From Chrysochromulina tobinii (lineage: Eukaryota), in NCBI GenBank assembly GCA_001275005.1, contig JWZX01003295.1:1-34698 (forward strand): DNA of 34,698 nucleotides. Direction: 5' to 3'. The notes under the pieces are model-generated. The model was not told the origin of the DNA and made no database searches. It saw nothing but the letters and a program-made list of their open reading frames with translations. Below, piece by piece: positions 1 through 9,795 of this stretch. Position 1 is the first letter of the stretch, and every line of letters begins with the position of its first letter. The position numbers and the translations under genes were made by a program.

Positions 1-282
1 CCGGACGGAGCCGGCAGCCCCCCGCCGGATGCCGGCGGCGGCAAAGCGACGCGGACGTCGGCAAGGCGGAAGCCACCCGACGCCACGGAAAGAACTACTG
101 TACCGGTACTTGTTTTTAACTGAAATGCATCTTTCCGCACCCACGTGCGTTCACGTTCACGTTTAAATTGCCAACACGGCAAGACGCTGCGTGGCAGTGT
201 TTCGCGTGGTACAATTGTAGTGGCTGGTCGGTACCTTGTGTGTCGATTCAACTGACACTGACTCTTTCTCAAGACGCACGAC

Positions 283-300
283 AAGCAAGCAAGCAAGCAA
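283..300. repeat. (CAAG)n microsatellite
   Basis: aagcaagcaagcaagcaa. Confidence 0.85.
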
Positions 301-381
301 AAACGCACGACCACAGGTCCGTAACGTGGAGGGCGCGGTGAGTGTAATCCAAGAGTGTAACCGCATCCGTACCGGTTCAAA

Positions 382-445
382 GTGTGTGTCCCGGCTCCCC
401 GGGTGAACCGTTCAAAAACACCGGGGGGGAGCGCGGACGCACACG
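382..445. repeat. Inverted pair of the dispersed CACCGGGGGAGCCGGGACACAC motif
   Basis: gtgtgtgtcccggctccccggg (382-403) and aaaaacaccgggggggagcgcggacgcacacg (414-445). Confidence 0.7.
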
Positions 446-668
446 AGAATACATGTACCGGTACATTTTTACCGGTACTGTGGTACTGGTCGTGTCAGCT
501 CACTCGTGCTGTGAAAAACAGGAAACACACGTACGCGCACACTCTCCGGGCCCCCAAGCACGAGGGCCTCTATCGCAATGGACTTCAGCACACTCAATTA
601 CAGTTTAATAGAGGAACTTTATTCAACAGACAAAATACATCTGATGAAGATGGTGTTACGCGTCGTTT

Positions 669-2466
669 TCACGCGGTGATGGCCTGCAGAGCTCCTGCCA
701 CGACGCTGCCAGCAGTCGCCAGCCACACGCGCTTGTCAATCGCTCCGGCAGTCAGGAGGCCAGAGAGGACCGCGCCTGTCACGCCATCCGTCGCGATGTC
801 CTGTCCAGTCAGGTACAAGTTTGGCAGCGGCGTCTGCGGCGTGAGCCACTCTTGCGCGAAGCGCGCAGGCGTATGGCTCAGCCCATACGCCTCGCCCCAT
901 TGGGTGCCCAGATAGTAATTGTTCGAGAGCGGCGTGCCCAGATCACAGTACGCGAGATGGCCTCTGAGCTGCGGCAGCTTGGCAAGGACGGCTTCGGTCA
1001 TTCGGCTGGTCAGCTTCCTCTTGACGTCCTCATACTCCGCACCGCGATGTTTGATGCGAGTTCCCGCCCAGCCGGCCCAGTACTCGCAGCGCGACGGTGC
1101 GAGTGCGAGCACCACCTGCTTGCTGCCATGGCGGGCTGTCCAAGCAGGATCTTTGGACGAAGGCGACGAGATGAACAAGAGCAGGGGATGCTCCTCAGCC
1201 ACATTGCCGAGGGCCGGGGGTAGCGCGCCGTGTTGAGCCTCGTGGTCCCAGCCGTCGAAGCACCACAGGTTGTGCTTCGGTAGGTCGACCACCTTGGGGG
1301 ATGTCCCTTCGACCCCAAGGAACAGATAGAGGAACGCACAGGAGGGCTCCACTTCGCTCTTCGTGCCGACGGGCGGCGCAATCGGCGGTGCATCTCGTAT
1401 GGATCGGAGAATGCCATCGAGCCGGGGGCGCTGTCTACTCGGCACGAGGCGGCAAAAGGTGTTGATGGCGCCGACCGCCGAGATGACTCGCGTCGCTGTT
1501 AGGGTTTGGTCGCGCACGATCACGCCGAGGACCGCCCCGCTCGCCTCATCGCACACGAGCGACGAGACTTTCGCGCGCACAAGCACGGCCCCTCCCGCTG
1601 CTTCAATGGTGGGCACGAGGCGGGCGGCGAGCTGTGAGCAGCCGCCCACCGGGTAGTAGCCGCCGTTTGCATAGTGATTCAGAAGGACCAAGTGAAGGGC
1701 GTACGGTGACCGCGACGGCGGGACGCCGTAGGTGCCCCAAATGTAGCCAAGGAGCTGCTGGAGCTTCGGATCATTCGTGAGCGAGGCGAGGCCTTGCGCC
1801 GTCGTCTGCATCGGGCCCAGCATCCACCGCAGCGGCACGCCGATGGCGGAGGGCAGGTTCTTGAGGCAGAGGTGGAGGCTGAGCGCTACGTGTGCCCACA
1901 CAACGGCCCAGGGGTAATGACGGAGGGCGGCGGCCTCTCCAGGGAAGCGGCGGCGGAGCTCGTCGAGGAATGCCGACTTGGGGCTCAGGATGGGCACGCG
2001 CTCGGCTCCGAAGTGGACCTCATCAACCAGCGCTCCCGTGAGTGCCCACTCGATCCTGCCTGAGGTCACCGTGTTCATGAGCGTGCCGAGGATGTCGCCC
2101 ACGTAGTGCAGCCCAGTGTCAAATTCGAAGCCCCGCTCCTCGAAGGTGTGCGTGCAGCCGCCGGCAACGTCGTGCTGCTCGAGCACCAGCACGCGTTGGC
2201 CGCGCTTGGCCAGCAGCGCAGCAGCCGTGAGGCCACCCATACCGCTGCCGATGACGATTGTATCGATCTCGGCTGGCACCTTTTTCGAGGTGTAGCCATT
2301 CTTGAGGACGGCAAGGCTTGCCAGTGGCGCAGGGCTCTCACGTGGCTCGAGGATCTTGCCATGCAGACGTCGCCGAAGCACGAGGAGCCACAGGAGCAAG
2401 TAGGCGACAAGCAGTAGAGCAGCGCCCGCGACGATCCACAACGCATAGGCGTATGCTTCAAGCGGC

Positions 2467-2497
<31 letters not shown>

Positions 2498-2540
2498 GCA
2501 GCGGCCGGGAGAGAAGACGTGCAATCCACTTGGGTGCCAT
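669..2540 (-). CDS. RETSAT: All-trans-retinol 13,14-reductase-like / phytoene desaturase-family FAD oxidoreductase with N-terminal membrane anchor
   Basis: 623-aa ORF. Poly-Pro and TM helix, then Rossmann motif IVIGSGMGGL, LEQHDVAGGCTHTF..GFEFDTGLHYVG, YYPVGG, and C-terminal GTPLSNNYYLG / YGL / TPLPNLYLTGQDI..GVTGA, typical of the RETSAT/CrtI family. Confidence 0.88.
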
Positions 2541-2612
2541 TGTGCTGGTCTATAAGAACGTGCAGTATTCATAGTACACAGTACAGTAGGAATACCAGTA
2601 CAGTACCGGTAA

Positions 2613-2776
2613 CGGGGGGAGCCGGGACACCTACCGGTACTCCTCGCCGCTCCCGCCATAAGCTTCATGCCCGCCATAAGCTTCATGCTCACCATGGGCA
2701 TGTCGCACTTCTAAACCGCCCCCGCGCGGTACCCGCCAAAGTGTGAATGTGTGTCCGGCTCCCCCGGTGTCTTTTT
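2613..2776. repeat. Inverted pair of the dispersed motif (MITE-like arrangement)
   Basis: cggggggagccgggacac (2613-2630) and tgtgtgtccggctcccccggtgtc (2748-2771), with an internal 18-bp tandem cccgccataagcttcatg x2. Confidence 0.7.
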
Positions 2777-3126
2777 ACTAGTACTTGGTCGCGTAGGTTG
2801 GTGATTGCGGTTCATCAAACTACATGTACACAAAGGCAGCCTGGTGAGCGCGACATCCCGCTTTTCCCGGTCCCTGCTAAAGCTAGACCAGGCTTAGAAC
2901 ATCGCGGTGCTGGGTGGGAGGGAACACATCATCTCTCTTATCACTCATATGTACTTCTGGCTTGCGCGCATCAAATCGTGCGACGGGCTGTCGTGAGGAA
3001 TCGTGTGACCCCAAACGGCGGAGATACCCCATACCCAGGGCTCTCCGTATCCCCCCGTGCCCCGATCTTGTTCCATGATGGATACCGTACCATGTCGCAT
3101 GTGTGATGTGATCGACACCTTCACCA

Positions 3127-3855
3127 TCAGGCCGATCTTGATCGTGTGGTGTGACCGCGCGGAAGGTCGACCTTAGACAAATCGGCCGCCCGCTTTTCCT
3201 CCATGAGCCTATCTAACTTGGCGTACTCGGCGAGGAGTTCGTCATCATCCGCGTCGATGCCACCCAGCTGGCGGTCCATCGCATTATCAATCTCCCGCGC
3301 GTCCGTATGCACCTCCACCAAACCGTCCATTAACTCCTCCACTTTGTCCACGCCGCCAATCGTCTTTATCAGCACGTCGTTAGCCATTAAGTAGTCATTC
3401 AAAGACATAATGGTCGACTTCAGGTTCTCGAGGTTCATCTTCGACATATCGAGGGTCGTCAACCTTTGCTCATACATCTTCTTCCTCTTGAGACACTGCA
3501 GCGCCTCCCGTTTCTTGCCCGCCGCGTGAAACTTCATCGCGTTACCCCATTCCGAGTCGAGTTTGCACTGAAAGTAGTCCTCTTTCTTCCCGATGTTCAC
3601 GATCTGTTCGTCAATATTGGGAATCGCCGCCTTCGCCAGCAGCGCAGCAGCCGAAAGGCTTGCCAGCGGCGCAGGGCTCTCACGTGGTTCGAGGATCTTG
3701 CCATGCAGACGTCGCCGAAGCACGAGGAGCCACAGGAGCAAGCAGGCGACAAGCAGCAGAGCAGCGCCCGCGACGATCCACAACGCATAGGCGTATGCTT
3801 CAAGCGGCGGCGGCGGCGGCGGTGGCCGGGCGAGAAGACATGTATTGGGTGCCAT
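3127..3855 (-). CDS. Chimeric ORF: duplicated RETSAT N-terminus (TM anchor) fused in frame to a divergent Snf7/Vps32 (CHMP4-like) ESCRT-III domain
   Basis: 3631-3855 is a near-identical copy of 2205-2540 lacking 84 nt and with a shorter poly-Pro. The remainder has Snf7 hallmarks KKREALQCLKRKKMYEQRL, VDKVEELMD and DDDELLAE. Confidence 0.8.
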   Translation of the reverse strand: MAPNTCLLARPPPPPPPLEAYAYALWIVAGAALLLVACLLLWLLVLRRRLHGKILEPRESPAPLASLSAAALLAKAAIPNIDEQIVNIGKKEDYFQCKLDSEWGNAMKFHAAGKKREALQCLKRKKMYEQRLTTLDMSKMNLENLKSTIMSLNDYLMANDVLIKTIGGVDKVEELMDGLVEVHTDAREIDNAMDRQLGGIDADDDELLAEYAKLDRLMEEKRAADLSKVDLPRGHTTRSRSA

Positions 3856-3993
3856 GGGCTAAACGAACACAAGTGAGGGTTGTTTGATGATATGGGCCGA
3901 ACACAGCATGACTTTGCAAAAAAGGAGGTCAGCGCGCCGTCTTGATCACTTAAAAGGAACCGGGTCCACGCCTTGCGGTTCTCTGCTCTCTTT

Positions 3994-5523
3994 CTAATAG
4001 ACGAAGGTGCTGTGCGCGGCCATCCCCTTGATCAGCGCGTGCTGCAAGGCGTGTGCGCACAGTGGCCTGGCCGGCTGGTATCTCAATGCCCACCGCAGTG
4101 CGATCGCTTCACTGAATGTGGAGCGTCGGTATCCAGCAGGGCCGCAGAATTTCGACGTCGCGAAGAAGCCACGCGGCGCGGCGGCACTGACGCCTTGTTC
4201 CACGAGCATAGCGACCGTGCCTCTGGACAGCCAACTGCTGCTGCCCTCGAGAAGTTCGCTCGATTTGGCTGTTGTACCGGTACCTGCCTCGAGCGCAGCT
4301 AGGTCCGTACAGTTGAACAGCTTGCACAGCCCGCTCAAAAGCGGCGACCGAACGCCGCCGGGCGCGTTGGTGGCAACAAAGAGGGACGCGCCCGCGCCGC
4401 GGCTCCCCCCTGTGAGCCGGTGGACGATGCGCGATTGCAGCCAGGCCACATCACGCAGCATCTGACGCTGAGCAGCTTCAGCGGTGGCGAGCGCCGTGGT
4501 GGGCGCCCCGCCCTCACTGCCGATGCGGACGTCCGTATCCAAGAGGCGAAGATGCACGGAGGCGAACGGGGTGCGGTCGAAGAGCGTTCGGACGGTCGCC
4601 TCATGCATCCGACCGATCGCCGACGACCAGGGAAGCCGCAGCACCGCAGCGTACACAGCCTCAAAGCACGCATCGGTACGACGCAAGCCGTCGAGGTCGA
4701 CGTGCAAAAAATAGGCGCTGCCCATGCGCACGACCTCCTCGGCATGCAGCGGCTTGAACGCCTCGCGCAGGCTCACGGCCGAGTAGCGATGGTCTCTCGT
4801 GCAGCCGAGCAAGGGGAGCGGGAAGCTCCCGAAGGCTCGTCGGGTGCGCACAGGGAGCTTGGCGTAGTCGGCCACGTGCAAGCCCAGGCTCGTGAGCTCG
4901 TCAAAGTCGAAGGCACGCAGCAGCGATTCATACGGAGGCGACGGGTCGCTTGTAGAGCCGACCCTTGCCGCCGCCTTGAGCATCGCAGTGAGCTTGCGCT
5001 CGTAGAGCGCTTCGGCTCGCATTTGCAAATCGCTTTGCCAGCTCGAGTTCCTGCAGCGCACCTCGGGTACGCCGAAGGCGAGGTCCGAGTGTCGCAAGAT
5101 GGGTGGCAGCACGAGAGTGCGATTCGTCACGTACGCCACAAGCAAAGCACGTCGCAATGCAAACTCCTGGTTGCCAAAGCCGGAATGAGCGGCGTACACG
5201 AGAAGGCGGTCACCTCGCACCGGAGCGCAACGCTCGCGGAGAGACGACGATTGGAGTGCGGGCGAGCTGCTCGGAATTGTCAAGGTCGGAGGTGGCAGAG
5301 GAGGCGACAACGACTGTGGCTTCATGACCTGAGGCACGCTGCTGTTGAGCAAGAGCATCGCAAAGAAGCTGCTGGCAAGCAGCGCCGACAAGAAGACGAC
5401 ACGGCGCTTGATCCGCAGGGACTCGGCCGGTGTGTCGGGATGCCGCTCGTCTCCGTCGTCTGCAGCTGCTCCACCGTCCGCAGCGGTTGCGGCCGTGGTC
5501 GAACGAGCTCGGACCGACGCCAT
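3994..5523 (-). CDS. GDP-fucose O-fucosyltransferase-like type II membrane glycosyltransferase
   Basis: Short cytosolic tail, TM VVFLSALLASSFFAMLLL, Pro/Ser stem, GFGNQ..RALLVAYVTNRTLVLPP, SVHLR, LFVATN, and VEQ..S....F..STFS motifs of the O-FucT/POFUT-like GT-B fold. Confidence 0.75.
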   Translation of the reverse strand: MASVRARSTTAATAADGGAAADDGDERHPDTPAESLRIKRRVVFLSALLASSFFAMLLLNSSVPQVMKPQSLSPPLPPPTLTIPSSSPALQSSSLRERCAPVRGDRLLVYAAHSGFGNQEFALRRALLVAYVTNRTLVLPPILRHSDLAFGVPEVRCRNSSWQSDLQMRAEALYERKLTAMLKAAARVGSTSDPSPPYESLLRAFDFDELTSLGLHVADYAKLPVRTRRAFGSFPLPLLGCTRDHRYSAVSLREAFKPLHAEEVVRMGSAYFLHVDLDGLRRTDACFEAVYAAVLRLPWSSAIGRMHEATVRTLFDRTPFASVHLRLLDTDVRIGSEGGAPTTALATAEAAQRQMLRDVAWLQSRIVHRLTGGSRGAGASLFVATNAPGGVRSPLLSGLCKLFNCTDLAALEAGTGTTAKSSELLEGSSSWLSRGTVAMLVEQGVSAAAPRGFFATSKFCGPAGYRRSTFSEAIALRWALRYQPARPLCAHALQHALIKGMAAHSTFVY

Positions 5524-5886
5524 TCAGTATTGCGGCAACCCTCACAAACACAGCCAGCCATCATTCCAACGTGTCCGCTTTTGTTGATTGGCTAACTTTG
5601 ACGTAAGGCGCCGAAGGATTTCCAAACCATTCCTTCTATCCTCTTGCTGAGATGACTCAAAAGGCAAGAGTGTACAAGCATTCTCCGACACGCAACTTTC
5701 TATTTCCGATACACATACACATGACCAGATAACCATGAGATCTTGCTGGACCTCTAGCGAGCCCACAGAGAGGTATCAACTGATACCTGACTCATGTGGC
5801 GACAAACTTGTCTAGGAAAGGCAACGCGAGGCGGCGACCTCATCATCTTCGAGGTCACATGTACCCCGATCATCTTCGGGCGCCAA

Positions 5887-8800
5887 ATGGAGCCCGCACG
5901 GGCATTCACGCTGCGTGCCGACAGCGACGCAGAATCATCGGCCCTCGAACGGGAAGAGGTCGACAGTCGCGGGCTGCGCCTGTCCTTCACATCGGAAAGT
6001 GTGCGCCGTTCATTGCAAGGGGAAGAGTTGCATGAGACCTTGGGCGGCGGCACGTCGGGGTCGTTGTGGCGGCGCGCTGGGGAACTATTGACCTCACGCC
6101 ACGGCATATCGGTGGCCTCTTCAAATGACTCGTACACTTCTCATCGGTGGCACAGCCGTTGCAACGTCGACACCGAGAGCTCGCACTTGTTTGGCTCCTC
6201 GGCAGCGACGCTAGATTGCACGCTCCCATGGCATGCAGTGCTGCCGAGTGCACGGCCGGTCACAGCGGTGCCGCACCTAAACTTTGGCACGAGCCGCGCC
6301 GGCGACGCCGTGCCCCAAGCAATCGAATGGACGAGACGGCTTGGGTCCAATGGAGTGTACGATTCGAGTCATCGACCATTGAGCCTGGCGCGCTCGGGCG
6401 AGGGGAGCTCGTCGGGCACGCTTTTGACGGATCCCTTTGGCGCGTGTGCGCCGCCCATAGGCATCGGGGCCCCGTCCTTTGTCGGGTGCGGCGGCGTCGA
6501 CGGCTGGGGCCGCGCGAGCTTCGTCAATCGTGGCGCATTCAGAGCGGCGGCAGACTCGTCGGAAGTGTCGACGACATCGCATGTGGGGCGTGCGTGCGCG
6601 CGCGGCGTGGCCACGACACCACCGCCCCAAGCCGAGGCGGCCCGCGTCGCGGCTCGACTGATCGATGAAGTCTTCCATGCCTGTCGGGAGGGTGCGCCGC
6701 CGCAGCCATCGCTGATGCCACAGCGCCCACGGACGGCGCCAGCGCTCGTGCCGGCGGCGTCAGCGGTGCTCGCGGGCAGCGCTCCCTCCTACGCCCGCCC
6801 TCACGCGCGCGCCATCCCTCCTACGCGTGCCTTCTGCTCACCACGTCGCGCCATCCGCTCACCACGACGCTCATTCTGCTCACCACGACGCGCAACCTGT
6901 TCACTACGGCGCGCCTTCTGCTCACATACCGGTACTCGCGCCGCGCGAACTAACAGCGCTGCTGCCGGCCGCGTGGGAGGTTGTCGCCGGCGACGCCGTG
7001 CCCCAAGCAATCGAATGGACGAGACGGCTTGGGTCCAACGGAGTGCACGATGCGAGTCGTCGACCGTTGAGCCAGATGAGGGAGGCAATCAGCATGCAAT
7101 CAGAGGGGGGCTCGTCGGGCAGCCTGATGAGGGAGGCAATCAGCATGCAATCAGAGGGGGGCTCGTCGGGCAGCCTGATGAGGGAGGCAATCAGCATGCA
7201 ATCAGAGGTGGGCTCGTCGGGCACGCTCTCGATGGATCCCTTTGGCGCGTGTGCGCCACCCATAGGCATCGGGGCCCCGTCCTTTGTCGGGTGTGCGCCG
7301 CCCTTTGCCCCACTGGCGGACGCGGCCGAGGGGTGCGCAGCCGCAGCCGCAGCTGAAGCCGAAGCACCGGAGACGGTGGCTGCACCAGAGGCGGCGGCAA
7401 CAGCACCAGAGGCACCAACAGCACCAGAGGCAACAGCACCAGAGGCACCAACAGCACCAGAGGCACCGGAGGCGGCGGCAACAGCACCAGAGGCGGCGGA
7501 GGCGGCGGCACCGGAGGTGGAGGCAGCGGCTGCAGCAGCACTCACGGCGGCAGAGACGACATCGGCGCCAGCGCTCGGGACGGCGCCAGCGCTCGGGACG
7601 GCGCCAGCGCTCGGGACGGCGCCAGCGCTCGGGACGGCGGCAGAGACGACATCGGCGCCAGCGGCAGCGCCCGAGGCGGCGCCGGACGATGTCGCTTTGC
7701 GGGCGGAGGAGCCACCATGCTCAAGTGAGCGAGTGGTCGAGGCACTCGCGGCACAGGCGGCCTCGAGACACGCGCGTGAACGTGCCGCGGAGTCGCAACG
7801 GTCGCTCAAGGCAGCTGTTCTGCGTGCGCAAGCGAGCAACGGGCGTGCCGCCTCGTTTCTCGAGACGCTGACGGCTTCGGTCGCTGAGACGATCGCACGA
7901 GCGCGCGCTCAGGTAGGCACGCCGATGGAGGCGAACACTCCTCTACCGACGGCGCCGCCAGCCGGCACAGCGCCCGTCACGGCGCCCGTCACGGCGCCCG
8001 GCACAGCGCCCGGCACAGCGTCGTCACCGCCCATACCCTTGCCAGCTTCTGGGCTGCGCGCCTCGCTGGTACCCTCCTTGACGATGCCGCCATCCTCATT
8101 CGTGTCGCCGGACCGCTCGCCGGCCGCCTCGCCGCACCAGCAGCCGTTGGCACCCCTCGCGCCGCTCGCGCCGCCGTCGCGGCGCGTGAGGAGCGATGGG
8201 TTCCGACGCTCTCCCGACTCTGTCGTGGCGAATGCGGATTGGCTACCACCGATGGCCCTCCTTGGCAGCGATGTCGGCGGGAGGAGCGCTGTACCGAGCA
8301 GTAGCAGTGGCGGCCGCAGCGCTGTACTGAGCGGAAGCGACAGCGCTCATGCCTCAGCCTCGTCCCCGCTCGGTACAGCGCTCCTTCCGGGTGAGTACTC
8401 TCTAGACGGCGTCAACGTCGACACGGAGCAACTCCATGAGTACACGACGAGCGGCCGGTGCATCCTGCATGCAGACGGTACGCTCAGTGGCGAGGCACAG
8501 GAGACGAGCACCGCCTGGGAGAACAAGCTCACGTACAAACTCACACACGGCCATTGGACACCGGTGGGCCATCTCTGCTTCCGGCTGCAGCATGCCGACC
8601 ACCGCGCCGCCTACTTCGACCCCTTCTACTTTTCGGTCCAGTTCCAGCCCGCGCTGCCACGAGCGCTCACGACGGCGCGGTATCGGGGCGAGGACTGCCG
8701 CACGAGCTCGACCATCTCCTCAATCACGTCGATCTCGTCAATCACGTCGATCTCGTCAATCACGAGCCGCACGAGCTCCACCATCGAACGCCGCCGGGGC

Positions 8801-9028
8801 GAAGGCGGTCCTGGCGCCAAAAGCGACGAGGCGGCGGCGGCGGCGGCGGCGGAGGAGGAGGAGGAGGCGGTGTGGATGGCCGTAGCAGGATGGTGGAAGA
8901 CGTACGACGGCACGATCGCGCCACCAGCACGCGCGGCTCCCGGGGGTGCCGCCATGCCGTGGCAGGGCAGCTACGGTCGGCTCAAGCGCATGCGCCTCGT
9001 GCGGGTGGGCGCGGCGTCGCCTGCTTGA
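5887..9028 (+). CDS. Hypothetical low-complexity protein with internal duplication and possible C-terminal globular domain; predicted exons 5887-6826 and 6957-9028
   Basis: ORFs 5794..7356 and 6827..9028 join in frame via a GT-AG intron 6827-6956 (gtgcc...gaactaacag, CTAAC branch-like motif; C+CG=Pro). APEA and TAPALG repeats. No family recognised. Confidence 0.55.
6828..6925 (+). repeat. ~21-bp degenerate tandem repeat (gccttctgctcaccacgacgc-like, about 4.5 copies) inside the predicted intron
   Basis: Repeated ctgctcaccacg / ccgctcaccacg / tgttcactacg units. Confidence 0.75.
7076..7222 (+). repeat. 51-bp tandem repeat x3 containing ATGAGGGAGGCAATCAGCATGCAATCA
   Basis: Units start at 7076, 7127 and 7178 and read in frame as MREAISMQSE(G/V)GSSG. 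Confidence 0.9.
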
Positions 9029-9738
9029 GCTCGGAGGAAACCTCGGACCGGACGATCCAGATCCTTATCGATGGCACGGCACGGCAGTACACGGAGTAGC
9101 CAGTCGGATACCAGTAGATGGGTCCGCTCACGTCACGGGGACGAAATCGACCCATTGTGTAAGTCGACCGGATCTGCGCTTGGGAATATGGGAAAATTCG
9201 CTACACCCGTACGGTACGGTACACTGTGTCCGAGCCTCGCCTGTATTATCGCCTGTATACACCGCGTACCGCAACGCGGTGTGACGTGTGTGCAGTGCTG
9301 CAGTCACTCAGCAGTCGAGTGTGGGTCGCGATACGGAGGGTGAGCTCCACGATACTGCGAGCTAAAGCAAACACGTCCGCGACACTTTCCCACAGTTCCC
9401 AAGAGTCGGTTGGCTCACCGTCGACGCAAGCGGTACAGAGTGCAGTCGACTGTGCACACGGAGACAGGAGAGCGCTCCTGTGGTCGACACACCCGTGTCC
9501 ACGGCCCGGCGCCGTGCCACGCCCGCACACCATGGCGCTCGAGAGCGCGCGTGCTGAATGCAGCGCCGCGCGCCTAGCCCTCCCGCCGGTCGCTATGAGT
9601 AGACGTGCGCCATTCAAGGCTCAATCGTCTTTCAAATGGTACTCGCGGCCAGCACCGTCGCCCTCAGCACATCATTGCACCCTGCCCATCGAAGAGCCCT
9701 TTCTTACAGCACCTTGGAGGCCACCATGCTGAGCGCAC

Positions 9739-9784
9739 TGTGGATTGCATCCCTCATCAGCATGCTGATTGCATCCCTCATCAG
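9739..9784. repeat. Two copies of gattgcatccctcatcag (reverse complement of the CTGATGAGGG..CAATC motif), probably in a CAX 3'UTR intron (about 9793-9713)
   Basis: Direct repeat just downstream of the CAX stop. The minus strand reads tgaag|gtacgtcatctgatgaggg...ccaag|gtg. Confidence 0.55.
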
Positions 9785-9795
9785 ATGACGTACCT

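Noticed and set aside
1..123. 3' end of a CDS entering the window
   Set aside because: Frame 1 is open to a TGA at 121 but is too short and featureless to support a call.
7076..7204. CTGATGAG as a hammerhead ribozyme core or C/D snoRNA box
   Set aside because: No downstream GAAA with a stem II, and no terminal stem or box D arrangement that I could support.
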